Notes under the pieces: model-generated
What the model was told of the DNA's origin: nothing
The model's input: the letters and a program-made list of their open reading frames with translations, nothing else
Database searches by the model: none
Position numbers and translations under genes: made by a program
Shown: in pieces, positions 47,601-59,600 of the stretch
Layout: every line of letters starts with the position of its first letter
Numbering within the stretch: position 1 is the stretch's first letter
Origin: a virus
IMG/VR virus record: IMGVR_UViG_3300042527_000802
Coordinates: 53,481-117,480 of that record
Strand: one strand, 5' to 3'
DNA: 64,000 nt

Positions 47601-50600
47601 ATAAATTAATAGGATCTAAAAAGATAATATCTCCATCGACCGTTGTTGGAAAATATACTTTATTAGTAGGTATAGGAATTATTTCATTAGTTGGTGGTTG
47701 ATAAAAAGTGGGTTCTGAACTATTTGGTTGTTTCTTACCAAATGTAACTGTTGTATTGCGTCCAATGACCCTATTTCCAAAAGGATCTTGTCTACCAGCA
47801 TCCGGGACTTGCACCATAACATAAGGATCTGCAACTGGTCCTAAGTCTAACGAAGGAACCATTAAATCACCACAGTTTGGTAAATATCTACTTAGTTGAT
47901 CTAATTGTTTACGACGATATGCAGCTTGTTTTTTTAATTGTTCAATTTTTTCTTTTTGTATATCATTTTTACCAATACCTAAGCCATCATCAGCATCTGC
48001 TATTTCTTCAGCTAAATCTGCTAATTCTTGATTAATTTGAGCCAAAGCCTTTTGTCTACGAGGCCCATCAAGATTGCACCATGCTTCTGTAACATAATCT
48101 TTGTTTAAGTTAGCATTATATCCAAGTATAGGTGGAATAGTTCCATTTTCATTACAAAGTTTAAAAAAGTTTGGCGTTCCTATAAGAATACTATCGTCTA
48201 TATAGTTTCCTGGTTCTTCCCAAGCACCGTCTACTAATTCTTTGTTTAAAAATATTTTACCACTACCTTGATAAACTGCTATTGTTGTTTCCGGATTAAT
48301 TGGCTGTTTCTTTTCTTTTGGTGGAACTGGTCCTACATCTTTTTCGTCATATGAAGAATCAACATTTCCTTGTGTACAGTTTGAGCCAAAAGTGGGAGTT
48401 GCAGCAACATAATCTGGCAAAGATATTCCTGCTAATGCTATTAAAGATAATATTTCTGGTTCAGATACATTTATGCCTTGCTGTCGTAATGCTTTTAATA
48501 ATGCTTTTAATAAAAGGCTAGGATCGTTGGCCGAACCAGATATAGATGATGCAACCGTGCCTAATATACTAGTTATTCTCTCTGTTAAAAGTTGTGTTCC
48601 AAAATCAGGATCATTGATTGAAATAATTGGTATTTGTATATCGGCATATTGTTGATCTCTATACTTTAAAATTTCTGGTAATCTAACAATATATTTTTTG
48701 CCATAAAACTCATCATGGATACCTTTTAAATATTCTACAATAATTTGTAAATCTTTAATGAATTCATGATTTAATACCCAATTAAAGTTATAATTCAATT
48801 GAAGATAAGCTGGATCTGGAGTATTGGCGATTTTTGCTGGATCGTCCTTTCCTGCTTGATTGTCTGCTTTACCAGGAGCATTATGACTACCCATACCTCC
48901 AACACCAAATAAGTTTGCCTTTGCGGCTGCTGCTGTTAAGAATAATTTTCCTTGAGATCTATATATTGAAACTAATTGAATAAATAAATCTGGTTTATTC
49001 ATAGGTAGTTTCATTAAACAATAAGCAAGATAACTTTCCCATCCATTTGCTGCTGCTCTCAACTCTGTTTCTGTTACAACAAAACCTATTTCGGATAGTG
49101 TATTTTCTGGATTTCTATATGGATTATTAATTGATTCTGTAGGATCTATACCATCTGATGCTGACGGAGGACTTCCATCTAGTTCTACTATTTCAGGATC
49201 GGCCGCCTTTGGAGTATTGTTAGGATCTGTTTTATTTTCATCCGTTCCACCCGGCGCTTGATTTCCTTGTATACCAGTATTAGAACCTGTTGTACTATTA
49301 GGGTTTACGAATCTAGTTTTATAAAGTGGTGGCAATAATCCCAAACTTAATGGTGGTAATTCATTTGGTCTAAAGCCTATCACTAAAATACCAGCCCATG
49401 TGTCTAAGTATACTGGTCTAGTAAATCTATAAAGATTAGATCCTCGTCCAGTATCTCCTAAGTTTATTTGTTGATCATAAGCATATCCAAAAAATGGACT
49501 AATAGCATGATGCCACAATGGAATATATCTAAATTCATCAGATTCTGTTTCTAAATTTTCTCCACAATATATTTCGCTATTTGGATCATCCACCAATATG
49601 TCTGAAGCATTTGCATTATCCATTTTTACAGTTTGCGCTGGCCAATAGTTTCCTATAAGTGGTTCAGCATATCCACCAACTGGTTTATCGACAAACCCTT
49701 GATCTGCTTCCAAAGGATCTATTAGCGAGCCTTCTGCTGCACTAGGGGCTGTGACGCCAGCATCACCTTCTGCCCCTTCCGCATTAGCCTCCATGTTTTC
49801 TTGATCAAATCCATTTTGATCATTGATAGCGGCTCCTTCAGCACTAAATACAACACCGCTATTAGCATCTACAAGTTCTTGTTCATTAGCAAATAGTCTA
49901 GTTATAATAGGACTATTAACGGCATTAGATAATGTTAAATTTCTAATAGAATAAGCCAATGGTAATTTATATGAATCAACCCATTTATCTTTTATGTCTA
50001 TTTTCCATACTATTCCTTTGTTTGTTTTAACCCCTTCGTCATCAGGAGTAGATTTGCCAAATCTATAATAATCAACAAATTTTTTCAACATTGGATGATA
50101 TACTAAATGGGTATTAGAATATCCTAACAATAAAGATTTTGTTTGAAATAGTCGTTGCTGATTAGCGCCAATATATAATATTCTTGGTTTAGCATCTTGA
50201 TTAACTTCTTTACCAAAAGAAGATTGTGAAACTGGCAATCCACTTTGCTCTAATGCTCTAACAGCATATTCTACGCTATTTGATGGAACTGTGACCGTTC
50301 TATCTACAGTCTTAACTTTAATATAGTTTTTTCCATCTTTTCTAATAACGGTAGTATAAAAATCTCTACCAGTTCTTTGACAGGCTTCTCTGATAATATC
50401 TAATATGTCCGCGTGACCCTCTCCTCCATTATATCTAACGTCTAACGGAGGTCTTGGAACCTCTGATAAGTCTAACAAAAATTCTACTCTGGGAATACCT
50501 TTTTGATCTTTAGTTGGAGGAATTATGCCAAAACCATAGTCTGTGCCAGAATATGCAAAATAAGCATTGATTGGATTAAGTTTATCGTCAGTCATTAAAG

Positions 50601-51681
50601 ATGGTGCTATAATTCTACCAAAAGGAGAAAATGCATTATGATATCCTAATTTATTCTTCTGTGTAGGAGCAGTATATCCTGGAAATATTTTGTCAAATTC
50701 TTTTTCGCTCTTATCAGTATTTCTTCCAGAAGATGATGTTAATACGCATAGACTATCAATAATATGGGCTAATGGAATACCGCCATTGTCATTATGATTA
50801 GATGTACCAAAACCATAACTTTCTAAAAAACCATATATATTAAAAACATTAGGAATATTTCCATATTTTGTTTGATTAAAATGATTAGCCTTACCAGAAT
50901 AATTTGTTGGACTACCAAAACTATCTGATCCAAAAGAGGTAAATACGGATCCTGCAAATTTGGATAAAATAACCTTACAATTTTTCAATAAATTATCTGC
51001 TGAACTAATTCTTATGGTATATGTTGGAGTGCCAACTCTATTATTACAATCCCAACTTTCTATAATTCCTCCAAATGTAAAATATCCAAATCTAAAATAA
51101 ACTGGTATACCTATTAGATTATATCTCCATTCTCCGGTGCTTAATAATCCATTTGGTGCTATTCTTGTTCTATTACCAAAAAATCCAGGATCAGTCCGTC
51201 TCCAATAATGTTGATCAATACTATCATTTGAGCATCTATGATAGACTTTTCCAGGAACAACTTTAATTTTACTAGGACCACTACAACTATCAAGACTTCT
51301 ATTAGGATTATATGGTAATCCAAATTCATCTATATAACAATTATTATTTATGCAATTATAATAGTGATTTACTACATCATAATCTGCATGTGTTTCACTT
51401 GGTTGCCTGCATTGACTATTAGGATTAAGAGGATCATATTGACCAGCTGTTAATCTGAAATTCAATGATGCTGGGTCCACTATTTGTATAACTTGAACAT
51501 CCGGTCTTGCATTACTTTCTCCCCATGCAAAGCATCCAAAATCGTCAGCAACCGTAACTGTTAAACTAGAGGCTGTTCCTCCCCATCCAGTATTAGAATT
51601 AAAGTCTACTATACTTGATCCTAAAAATAAATGTTGTGCTACAGTAGACGATCCGAACTCTGTGGTGCAAGTTAATGCCAT
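44698..51681 (-). CDS. Very large (2327 aa) probable tail/baseplate protein
   Basis: N-terminal FLGSSIVDFNSNTGWGG..SSLTVTV and F.FGGIIESW resemble tail hub proteins; CPKC...CPVC finger; size and context. Confidence 0.6.
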   Translation of the reverse strand: MALTCTTEFGSSTVAQHLFLGSSIVDFNSNTGWGGTASSLTVTVADDFGCFAWGESNARPDVQVIQIVDPASLNFRLTAGQYDPLNPNSQCRQPSETHADYDVVNHYYNCINNNCYIDEFGLPYNPNRSLDSCSGPSKIKVVPGKVYHRCSNDSIDQHYWRRTDPGFFGNRTRIAPNGLLSTGEWRYNLIGIPVYFRFGYFTFGGIIESWDCNNRVGTPTYTIRISSADNLLKNCKVILSKFAGSVFTSFGSDSFGSPTNYSGKANHFNQTKYGNIPNVFNIYGFLESYGFGTSNHNDNGGIPLAHIIDSLCVLTSSSGRNTDKSEKEFDKIFPGYTAPTQKNKLGYHNAFSPFGRIIAPSLMTDDKLNPINAYFAYSGTDYGFGIIPPTKDQKGIPRVEFLLDLSEVPRPPLDVRYNGGEGHADILDIIREACQRTGRDFYTTVIRKDGKNYIKVKTVDRTVTVPSNSVEYAVRALEQSGLPVSQSSFGKEVNQDAKPRILYIGANQQRLFQTKSLLLGYSNTHLVYHPMLKKFVDYYRFGKSTPDDEGVKTNKGIVWKIDIKDKWVDSYKLPLAYSIRNLTLSNAVNSPIITRLFANEQELVDANSGVVFSAEGAAINDQNGFDQENMEANAEGAEGDAGVTAPSAAEGSLIDPLEADQGFVDKPVGGYAEPLIGNYWPAQTVKMDNANASDILVDDPNSEIYCGENLETESDEFRYIPLWHHAISPFFGYAYDQQINLGDTGRGSNLYRFTRPVYLDTWAGILVIGFRPNELPPLSLGLLPPLYKTRFVNPNSTTGSNTGIQGNQAPGGTDENKTDPNNTPKAADPEIVELDGSPPSASDGIDPTESINNPYRNPENTLSEIGFVVTETELRAAANGWESYLAYCLMKLPMNKPDLFIQLVSIYRSQGKLFLTAAAAKANLFGVGGMGSHNAPGKADNQAGKDDPAKIANTPDPAYLQLNYNFNWVLNHEFIKDLQIIVEYLKGIHDEFYGKKYIVRLPEILKYRDQQYADIQIPIISINDPDFGTQLLTERITSILGTVASSISGSANDPSLLLKALLKALRQQGINVSEPEILSLIALAGISLPDYVAATPTFGSNCTQGNVDSSYDEKDVGPVPPKEKKQPINPETTIAVYQGSGKIFLNKELVDGAWEEPGNYIDDSILIGTPNFFKLCNENGTIPPILGYNANLNKDYVTEAWCNLDGPRRQKALAQINQELADLAEEIADADDGLGIGKNDIQKEKIEQLKKQAAYRRKQLDQLSRYLPNCGDLMVPSLDLGPVADPYVMVQVPDAGRQDPFGNRVIGRNTTVTFGKKQPNSSEPTFYQPPTNEIIPIPTNKVYFPTTVDGDIIFLDPINLLCPRAIMNAPGVDLYFTSMSYQEDPNLTVINNAVTEDYAILKKMQLQAVTDQQKEQLDSFVRILAKDMLWITDQDPAGHKTRDKDEEVTCAKILEHIYNILLSRIIGLKPNPEANPNDASTYFIPTGNVDDFFLQDKKINVTQRHRVIAPRKAHPFYAAVPLKDNQNCYGPWTNYPWLLSLSNYKVYPGVVNKNLLIEQLINDVDLKINDDWAPWNYGGMSILDREIINQIESGASYQLILENGTIGMPGMPLMSLSGGLQYKLTDSDVHQIKTNKFMGYQYHALVQCNANPYNGLILSTISTSVSDRNISTIYRFATYNPTLGMYSKEMSDRNKLILTNKIELASKLSKTQRDLDKKIAQQIDKIIKSRGKNTSQKSDWKSDLFGNSPMQCLVGTAQYYIPNVGLPICGDPGLKSTEYKKLRESIGNSLKDESLYNMNVSRTKSWIGGFMEREALAELSYGFSTKAAMSLDGIFSPVSFFPTTDLGTFPVSSRYITPELQEDNVTCPKCNNTKIVKYSRYFNGQEKEIDYPCPVCNKPRLIFPTGSPENSGSPPDINFLSLNPIVVPYGDFINPRSQLYINPLERARHNIRIVGRQDSHQIGDIGLDTTNNLPLIQHSGNKNTNTELTEAGEEYNSLEFVNPDFYKYDLSFTSKEDKKILLNNRFFAFRGPMMLHGWGFDTDGYPVPNQADEPATFDNEGRPLRFRLTSSGTNDYDNDGAYLPTSDYGLGDIIGSGYKKEDGIWKRNPTNLFHLNWAERSDLWPIGPIDLRWDRDRKVWVGGEGGCGEVDPPFIITASNDTKTLSAYLSTASKDSGKKCPYKLVYVVLEEDMTKIDGIDETYPTRGFLDDSEYSLNVLPENTRKLIYIKDRCGYTAPRGAKILCRFDRETGYYEPITKQQYIVFGSMLGGNNAIADLTYIQGVKSADNIPKINIVFDNTRFNFTLTDKKRGMFMYENGSWILIGTS

Positions 51682-51682
51682 A

Positions 51683-53611
51683 TTAATGATCCATATAATT
51701 TATATTTGTTAAGCATTGTTGATAAACCCATGTTACTGTCCTTGAAAATCTTCCCTCTGTAGGATTCCATGTTTCTTGGTCGCTTTGTACAAATACTGTT
51801 CCTGGTATATTTGTTCTGGCGGCATTCGTACCAAATATAATAGCATTACGATAACTAAAAGGCTTGTTTCCTTCTATTAATTCGCTTATTTGTCTTCTTA
51901 GTATTGTATTAATACCTACTGGACAAGTACTATAATTTTCTAGCATTCCAGCATCATCAACAGGTGGTTGTATTACAACATCTACTGTAATTGTTTTTCT
52001 AGCATTTGTTCGACCAATTGCTTGTAATAATGGGCCAAGATAACGGCCAATAATTTGTGTTTCTGATATATTATCTGCTGGAGCATCATGTGTTATATTA
52101 ATATTTTCACTAATTACTCCAGGAAATACTTTATATTTATTATTAAATTCATAAGTATATGATATTGTACCATTTAATGGATCGTGTCCTTCTGATGTGC
52201 TAACAGGAATATTTGATAATGCTCTTTCATCATAATATGTTGGACTTATTCCTTTTTGTGGATCTTGAACTAAATTCGGCCTGTTCGCTCTTGTTCCAGT
52301 ATTAATCCCTAAACAAGCTCTTCTGTACAAATATGGTTTGATCTCTTTTTCCCAGGCATTATAAGCATTTGTATATTTATCGTTTTCAATATTAGTATTC
52401 GTAGAATTTGTTCCGTCAACACTAGCCAATTCTCGCTGTGATCCTGGCTGAGTATCATTAGGATTACTTTGTCCACTAGTTAAGCTTAATATTAATCCAC
52501 TTCCATTATTATTAGAATTAGGTTGCAGATAATGATTTCCAGAAGTTGCCATGTGAGAAGGTTTATGTAGTGCTAATCCATTAATATTACCAACAACTCG
52601 TACTGTTTTAGTAAAATTGTCAGTTGTTCCACATTCTATAGTATATTTTTCAGTATGTCCAATACCTGTTGGCATTGCTATCCAATTATCTGTAATTTCA
52701 TAAGTTCCATTGTAAGCATCTGCTGATACCGAACGAATATGATTATATAGAAAAGTGTTTCCTGACGCGCCATTTGTTGCTAATACATTTATTGTTCCAT
52801 TAGGATTAGTTCCAAAAGATTTTGCTGATTGATTTTCTACCCAATTTTTTGCATTTAATAATTTAATAGCATTAATACCTTCTATATTATTAACACATGT
52901 TGAATTTGTATTAGATGGTGGAATAGGCAATCCTTTTGCTGATAATCTTCTGGTTATTCTATATTGTGGAGTTTGTTTCATTTGGAGAGGATGTGGTACT
53001 GTTCCATCTGTAGATGTTCCATTAATAAATGCTTGTCCTGGAACTGATCTGGTTATATTTGGTTCAGTCGGAAGCATATTAGGGGCTAAATATTCAGGAC
53101 CTGATGCTACATTTACATTTCTTTCAACGTATTGAGCATCTTCTATTTGTTCTATTGTCCATGATTCTGATTTATTTTCAACAGGATCTGAGCCGCTTTG
53201 GAATACTTCTCTAGAGTCTAGGGTAATAGTATAATCAGCAAACCTAACCCAGTTATTATCGCTCTTATCTACTTGAAATTGTCTTACAGATACTCCGGAA
53301 GATTGGTATAGTTTAACATTATCACATTCTATATAAAAATTTCCTAATGAGCATTTTCTAACTAATGCTTCTAAACTCTTAATTTTGTCCGTAATACTAG
53401 ATAATCCTGTTGTTACAATTTTACCAGTTAAATTAATAGTAGTGCTAATAGACATTGGAATATTATCTTCAGCATTATAGCTTTTACTTATATCAACAAA
53501 AGGAGTCGGCCCAGTGATTAAAGCAATATCTTCATCAAATAATGAAACCTTAACTTTTGAAGGGGTAGGCGAGCCGGCCAGACTATTGAACAGTGCTATA
53601 TTATTTAACAA
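51683..53611 (-). CDS. Probable virion structural protein with repeated beta units
   Basis: TTG start after AGGAG; recurring D/N.x.NGT.(S/E)Y-type units. Confidence 0.6.
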   Translation of the reverse strand: MLNNIALFNSLAGSPTPSKVKVSLFDEDIALITGPTPFVDISKSYNAEDNIPMSISTTINLTGKIVTTGLSSITDKIKSLEALVRKCSLGNFYIECDNVKLYQSSGVSVRQFQVDKSDNNWVRFADYTITLDSREVFQSGSDPVENKSESWTIEQIEDAQYVERNVNVASGPEYLAPNMLPTEPNITRSVPGQAFINGTSTDGTVPHPLQMKQTPQYRITRRLSAKGLPIPPSNTNSTCVNNIEGINAIKLLNAKNWVENQSAKSFGTNPNGTINVLATNGASGNTFLYNHIRSVSADAYNGTYEITDNWIAMPTGIGHTEKYTIECGTTDNFTKTVRVVGNINGLALHKPSHMATSGNHYLQPNSNNNGSGLILSLTSGQSNPNDTQPGSQRELASVDGTNSTNTNIENDKYTNAYNAWEKEIKPYLYRRACLGINTGTRANRPNLVQDPQKGISPTYYDERALSNIPVSTSEGHDPLNGTISYTYEFNNKYKVFPGVISENINITHDAPADNISETQIIGRYLGPLLQAIGRTNARKTITVDVVIQPPVDDAGMLENYSTCPVGINTILRRQISELIEGNKPFSYRNAIIFGTNAARTNIPGTVFVQSDQETWNPTEGRFSRTVTWVYQQCLTNINYMDH

Positions 53612-53673
53612 ATCTTTTTCTCCTAATTGATAGAATATTACAGTCTTATGTCCATTATGCTCCTAATTATAAT

Positions 53674-53680
53674 TACACCA
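53674..53680 (-). promoter_or_regulatory. TGGTGTA intergenic motif
   Basis: Minus strand reads TGGTGTAATTATAATTAGGAG upstream of the structural genes. Confidence 0.5.
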
Positions 53681-56600
53681 TTAATTACATGGATTATTTT
53701 CATTATAGGCCAATGGCATAGGATCCTTAATTGATATTGCATTTCCAGTACCAAGATAGCCAACGCTAGTCCAAGAACCTATCGGTAAAGTGGTGCAAGT
53801 TGTTGGTAGGGCGGTTTCATTCCATGTACTTAGAGGAGATGAACTGTAATCACTGTAATCTACAAATTCTGGATCCAATAATTGAGGAACCCCACCTGTA
53901 GTAAGCTCTAATATATAATATGTTTGTAAAGCATTAGATACTATTTTTCCTAAATGCCATTTATCTTCTATAAATCTTATTTGAATAGAATCATCATTAA
54001 CGTTAATATATCTATTATTATTTGAGTCATGAGCATATTGGCCTAAGAATTCGGTTCCAGATTGTCCATTAGCCTCCCATATTCTGATATTGTTTACAGC
54101 AAATATATAAATACCAGCTAAAGAACTTTCAAACGCTGCTGAATCACATGGTATAAGTCTAGCCCATGCTATATTTTGATTGTTAGGATTCTTTGACCAA
54201 TATAGATCAACTCCTGGCCATTTTCTAGTAATAATATTATTATCTAATTCAACAAAGTTAAATTTAGAATTTACCCACGATCTAAAATTATCAGGATTGG
54301 AAACACCTGTATAATTGATATATATCACTTGATTTCTTGATGCTGTGTATACATTCCCAGAAGATACATTATCTAATTTAATAAATGGATATACATTATT
54401 TGATAATCCAGAATATAGTACTTGGATACCTGTAATGTTTTCAGTTGTAAAATATGTATTATCTGGTCTAGCAACGCTATCTCCACATGCAAAATCAGCA
54501 TTAATATAAGACCCAGCACAAGAACCACTAATAGTAGTAAATCCTGTTGTGACTGGACTTAAGAAATCAAATTCATTACATGTTGTACCTGATGTTCTAC
54601 ATGAAAAACTAAATGTTATCCATGCTTCCATATCTGTCTTATTTCTCAATAGTTGAGTTTCATCCAGAGTATATCCACCAGAAATCGAATACTTGTTGTA
54701 TTGTTGTCTTATGCCAGTAAAATTTCCTATATTTATTCCATAAGTACTATTGTCAAATGGTAAACCACTAGCAGAAGTTCTGTAGCAGAATCCCATGTAG
54801 TCTAACTTTGTTGATACTCCGGTAATTTTCGTGGTCGTATCATATAAATTATATATAGGAGGATTATTTGTTATGCCACTTAGTCTAATAGAATTTGACC
54901 CAGACATGGATGTGGCATATCCACTGACAGAAAGATTACTTGATGGATTCCAACTAAATGGACCCAATGTTTCCCATCCTTTAGAGTATTTTGATCCACT
55001 AACTCTATGTCCACCAGCATCGGTAACTACCCAATCATTATATTCATGTCTCCATCTGATTGGTAAATTAAATCCTAATACGCTTCTATGTCCTGACCCT
55101 GTGGGTAATGGATTCTGATTACTAGCGTCAGTAGGTGGCTGTATAGCAGAGAATACGAATCTAGTAGGAAATGCAAATACTCCACTAAGATTTGATCCAG
55201 AATTGCCCAATCTGGCTACTTCTACATATCCATTGTATGTAGGCTCATTATGTGTTTCGGCTAAGCTAATAATTTTTTGATTATGTCTACTAGATGAAAC
55301 ATCGTTATATGATGCTAATGATGTTTGTGTCATCGTTGTATTTAGTTGCCAAGTGTCTGTTGAGTTCTTCCAGTCGAATACATATACTCCACTAAATATT
55401 GGATCATAAGGTATCTTGATCTCTATTCTTGACGATAAATTAGTTTGTGGTGGGGTTCCACTTAATACGACATAAGCATTTGATGGTGGATTATTTTCTT
55501 GTATGATTCCATAGTATGGGGATAACAAAGATATTGGGTGCGTAATTCTGCTATCAGAACATACTAAATTAGGATCATCCCAAAAAGTTAATGACGTATG
55601 AGGACAACAAGATTGACATTCTAAAGCATTTAATCCTGATGGGGTTGGTGATGGAGTTAATGAAACTGTGGGAGTAACTGTTTTAGTTACAGATATTGTT
55701 GGTGTTATTGATGAGGTTAATGTTGGAGTTCTTGTTAGTGTTTTAGTTAATGAGACTGTTGGAGTAACTGTTTTAGTTACAGATATTGTTGGTGTTGGAG
55801 TTTGTTCCCAAGGAAATATTCTTGTTGCAGTAACCGTTGGAGTTACGGTGACAGTTTTTGTTGGAGTAGGAGTTCTTGTTAATGCAATACTCTTAGTTGG
55901 AGTAGGACTAAATGCTACTGTTCTAGTAGGAGTAACTGTTTTTGTTGGAGTAACTGTTTTGGTTTTAGTTGGGGTTGGAGTTGATCTAGTTCGTGTTGGA
56001 GTTGCTGTCTTAGTTGGTGTTTTTGTTTTAGTTGGAGTAGGAGTTTGTGTTTTGGTTTTAGTTGGGGTCGGACTTTGTTGCCACGGCGGTAATCTTGTTG
56101 GAGTAACTGTCGGAGTTATTGGTGGTAGTGGAGGATTGCATACATAAGAAGTAATAAACTGTCCATCTCCAATTATTGTTGCGACATTACATCGTGGAAT
56201 ACCATTAATATCATATATAGACGATCCTGCTGGTAATGAAACTTGTGTTGGATAATCCCAATACCCGGCATTGGTTGATCCTCCTTTATAATAACCGGCT
56301 TTATACCATTCATGAATATTAGGTAAATAGTATTTAGCGTTATCATTTTTATTAATAAATGGACCACTAGTTGTACCATATAAAGAATATGCTCCATCTT
56401 CTGTGGTAAGATTATTCATTGTTCCATTTGGTTGATTATTATGCAGCCAATTACAGTATCTAGCAGCAGAGAACCAACTTAAAAATACAACAGGCTTACT
56501 ACCCATATTAGACTTAACATAATAAGTATATGGAATATTTGAAGATGGGTTATATAATCTACCAATCCCGCCAGCAATATCAGTATCCATTTTTGAATCA

Positions 56601-59600
56601 TATACTTCAAAAGCGTCTGAGTCAGAATATCTGGCAACACTATTCAAAAAATCAGCATATTGACAATTTGTAATAGGATATTTTCCTATTTTATAAACAT
56701 ATGATACAGATCCGACTGTTTCTGTTGAAGATAAATTGGGATTAGTTTTAAATCCAATATTATTTGGATCTCCAACTGATACAAATTCTGGTCCGAGTGT
56801 TATATTTTCTTTAGATACTATTCTAAAACCTATATTATTATTTTTTCTATTAGGCATAGTACCCAGATCGTTAATTACAATTAGATTTTTTATCGATAAA
56901 TATATTCTATCATCTATTGGGGTATTATAGGCGCCACCAAAAACTCTGGGCCATCCAAAACTAAATCCCATTGTATTTGACCACTCCCATACTTGGCCAG
57001 CCTGATCATAAGTGCCATATGCGCTTCTGCCACCATTACTACCAACGCTTGTTAAATTTCCTTCTGTTGAATTATTCCAATTAGCGCATGTTGCCCAATT
57101 AGCATAATGAGCAGACAGTTTATTTGTTTGAGATGGGGTGACAGTTCTTGTTGGTGTTATTGTTTGCGTTTTAGTTGGGGTCGGAGTTATAATTGATATG
57201 CAACTAAGTATTGGCGGTGGATTTATACCACCATCTCCACTAAATGTTTGGGCTATGGGATTAATAATAGCATTACTTTGAGTAGCATATGTCCAGTATG
57301 TTGTATTTATTGGATTATAAAAACCAGCTTTGATCCATTCATTCTCAGATGGAATATAATATGTAGAAATATTAAATCGTTTAGATATCCACGCCACATT
57401 CCACAGCACATCGGGATATGTAATTTGATAGACTCCATCTTCTGTGGTTTGGTTCGATATAGATCCCACTGGCTTTCCATTATGTAACCAATTGCAATAT
57501 CTTGCAGCATTTACCATATCTATATTATTCATTGGCTTATTATTAAATACAGGATCGACAACACTATAAGTATAACTTCCTCTATTGCCTGTTCTAACTA
57601 TAGTATCAAATCCACTTTGATGACCTGACCATATAACATCATCAATTAAATTATCCTGACTAATATCGGTTTTAGCAATACTATTTAAAAATTCTACATA
57701 TTCGCATTGTGTCACTAAAAATTTACTGATATAATACTCATATGATACTGATCCTATAGATCTATTAGTAAAGGGAATTGCTGGTGGATTATTTGGATTT
57801 GCAACCCATACAAAATTATTTAAATTTAATGGATTATTCAAGGAGCATATTCTAAATCCTCTGTGTAGCGCACCCACTCGATAAGAACCTTCAGTATATC
57901 CAGGACTAGGTATTGTTGCTATAATAGGAGTCAATTGTTCGCGTGATGAAAGATAACTACCTCCATATAATTTTACTATTGGGTTGAACGGATTAAGATT
58001 TTCACCATTATGGGTCCATTCTTCTAATAATCCGCATTGATCATAAGTTCCATAATAACTTGGCCCACCATTTGTTCCAACAGTTGTTATATTGGTTGTT
58101 TGCCAATTGCCATATTGATCTTTATAATACCAAGTTATACGACGGCAGATTTCATCAAAGCAACCGAAATTGGCGGAGTTATATGATCCTACTACGCCAT
58201 TATCACGAGTTTTTGTTGGAGTAGGAGTTTTAGTTTGTGTTGGTGTTGAAGTAATATTCTTAGTTTTAGTTGGTGTGACAGTTGGGGTGGTGGTGTTAGT
58301 TTTGGTAACCGTTGGAGTCGGAGTTAAATTACTTGATTTTGTTACAGTCTGAGTAGGAGTACGAGTTGGAGTAACTGTTGGAGTTTTAGTTATTGTGGGT
58401 GTTTGAGTTGGAGTTGGAGTAATGTCTAAAGTTGTTAATCTTGTAATAGATAATATCTGTCCAGTGTATGGATTATATTCTACTTTCTTATAGACGCTGT
58501 CATATGTTCGCCCGTCATTAATTCTAAATCTTGTTTTATAAATAAATTGCCATACTGGACCAGATACTTGATAACTAAATGGCAAAATTCGTTTATCTTC
58601 AATAAGCCTATCATTATCGTCTGTTCTCCATGTTATTGCTTGCATATTTTTTGCATTAGGAGACGAGAATTCTGGAGAGCATGTATATATTGTTGAATTT
58701 TGTTGTCCCAATGAATTATATGTTATTATTTGTGCATCAAGTATATCTGATGTTTGAAATATTGGATAACTTGTAGAAATAACAGTTGTGAACAACCAAT
58801 ACGTACCTATATAAGCGTTTGCATTAGGCGCTGGTGGAGTTAAATTTGTATTCCATGGAAATCCACCATAGTCTCCCCAATAATCATATCCATATCTAAT
58901 AGATATAGGGGCGGATACAGTTATTTTGGCCGGTGTTGGGGTAGATGTTGGAGTTTTACTTTTTGTTGGAGTTAAACTTTTTGTTATTGTTGGAGTTGCA
59001 GTTATTGTGCGAGTTGGTGTTCTTGTTGGAGTCTGGGTTCTTGTATGAGTTGGTAGAGGAGGAAGTGGAGTTGCAATATTAGTGCATGGTACTATTGTGG
59101 ACTGAGCGATATTATTTATAACATTTTCAATCCAATCCGTTCTATATAAACTTATACTATCTCTCATAATTTGAACTTGACTATTAGAAAACATATACAG
59201 ATCGATATCGTCTGTATAATCCATAAAATTCATAAATAATGTACCATTAACTTTATCACAAGAATTTGTTGTATATGGATACGTCACATCTCCACGAGTA
59301 GGGCCGGTTTGATCTGGCAAATCCGCTGGACTAGAGCAGCATCTTCCGGGCGCACCACAACACGTTGCATAATTATTTGCTGCACATTGCTCATAAAAAT
59401 TTGGCCCTGCTCCACAACACCAACTATGACTTAATCCTAACCAGTGACCTATTTCATGAGTTAATGTTCTTCCTCTACTATATCTAGTGTTCCTAGGATT
59501 GATATTTGGTCTTCTTAAACTACCAATAGTAGTTGAATCAACTATAACTCCATCATTTCTAGCCCAATAACTTAATTCCATAGCATTAAAATCTGATAAA

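Noticed and set aside
7840-55625. Invertible segment bounded by the inverted paralogous genes
   Set aside because: In the blocks I compared, synonymous sites have diverged; no long exact inverted repeat or site-specific recombinase was seen
739-58190. Diversity-generating retroelement suggested by the FGE/CLec domains
   Set aside because: No reverse transcriptase and no near-identical template/variable repeat pair differing at adenines was seen; one elsewhere in the genome cannot be excluded
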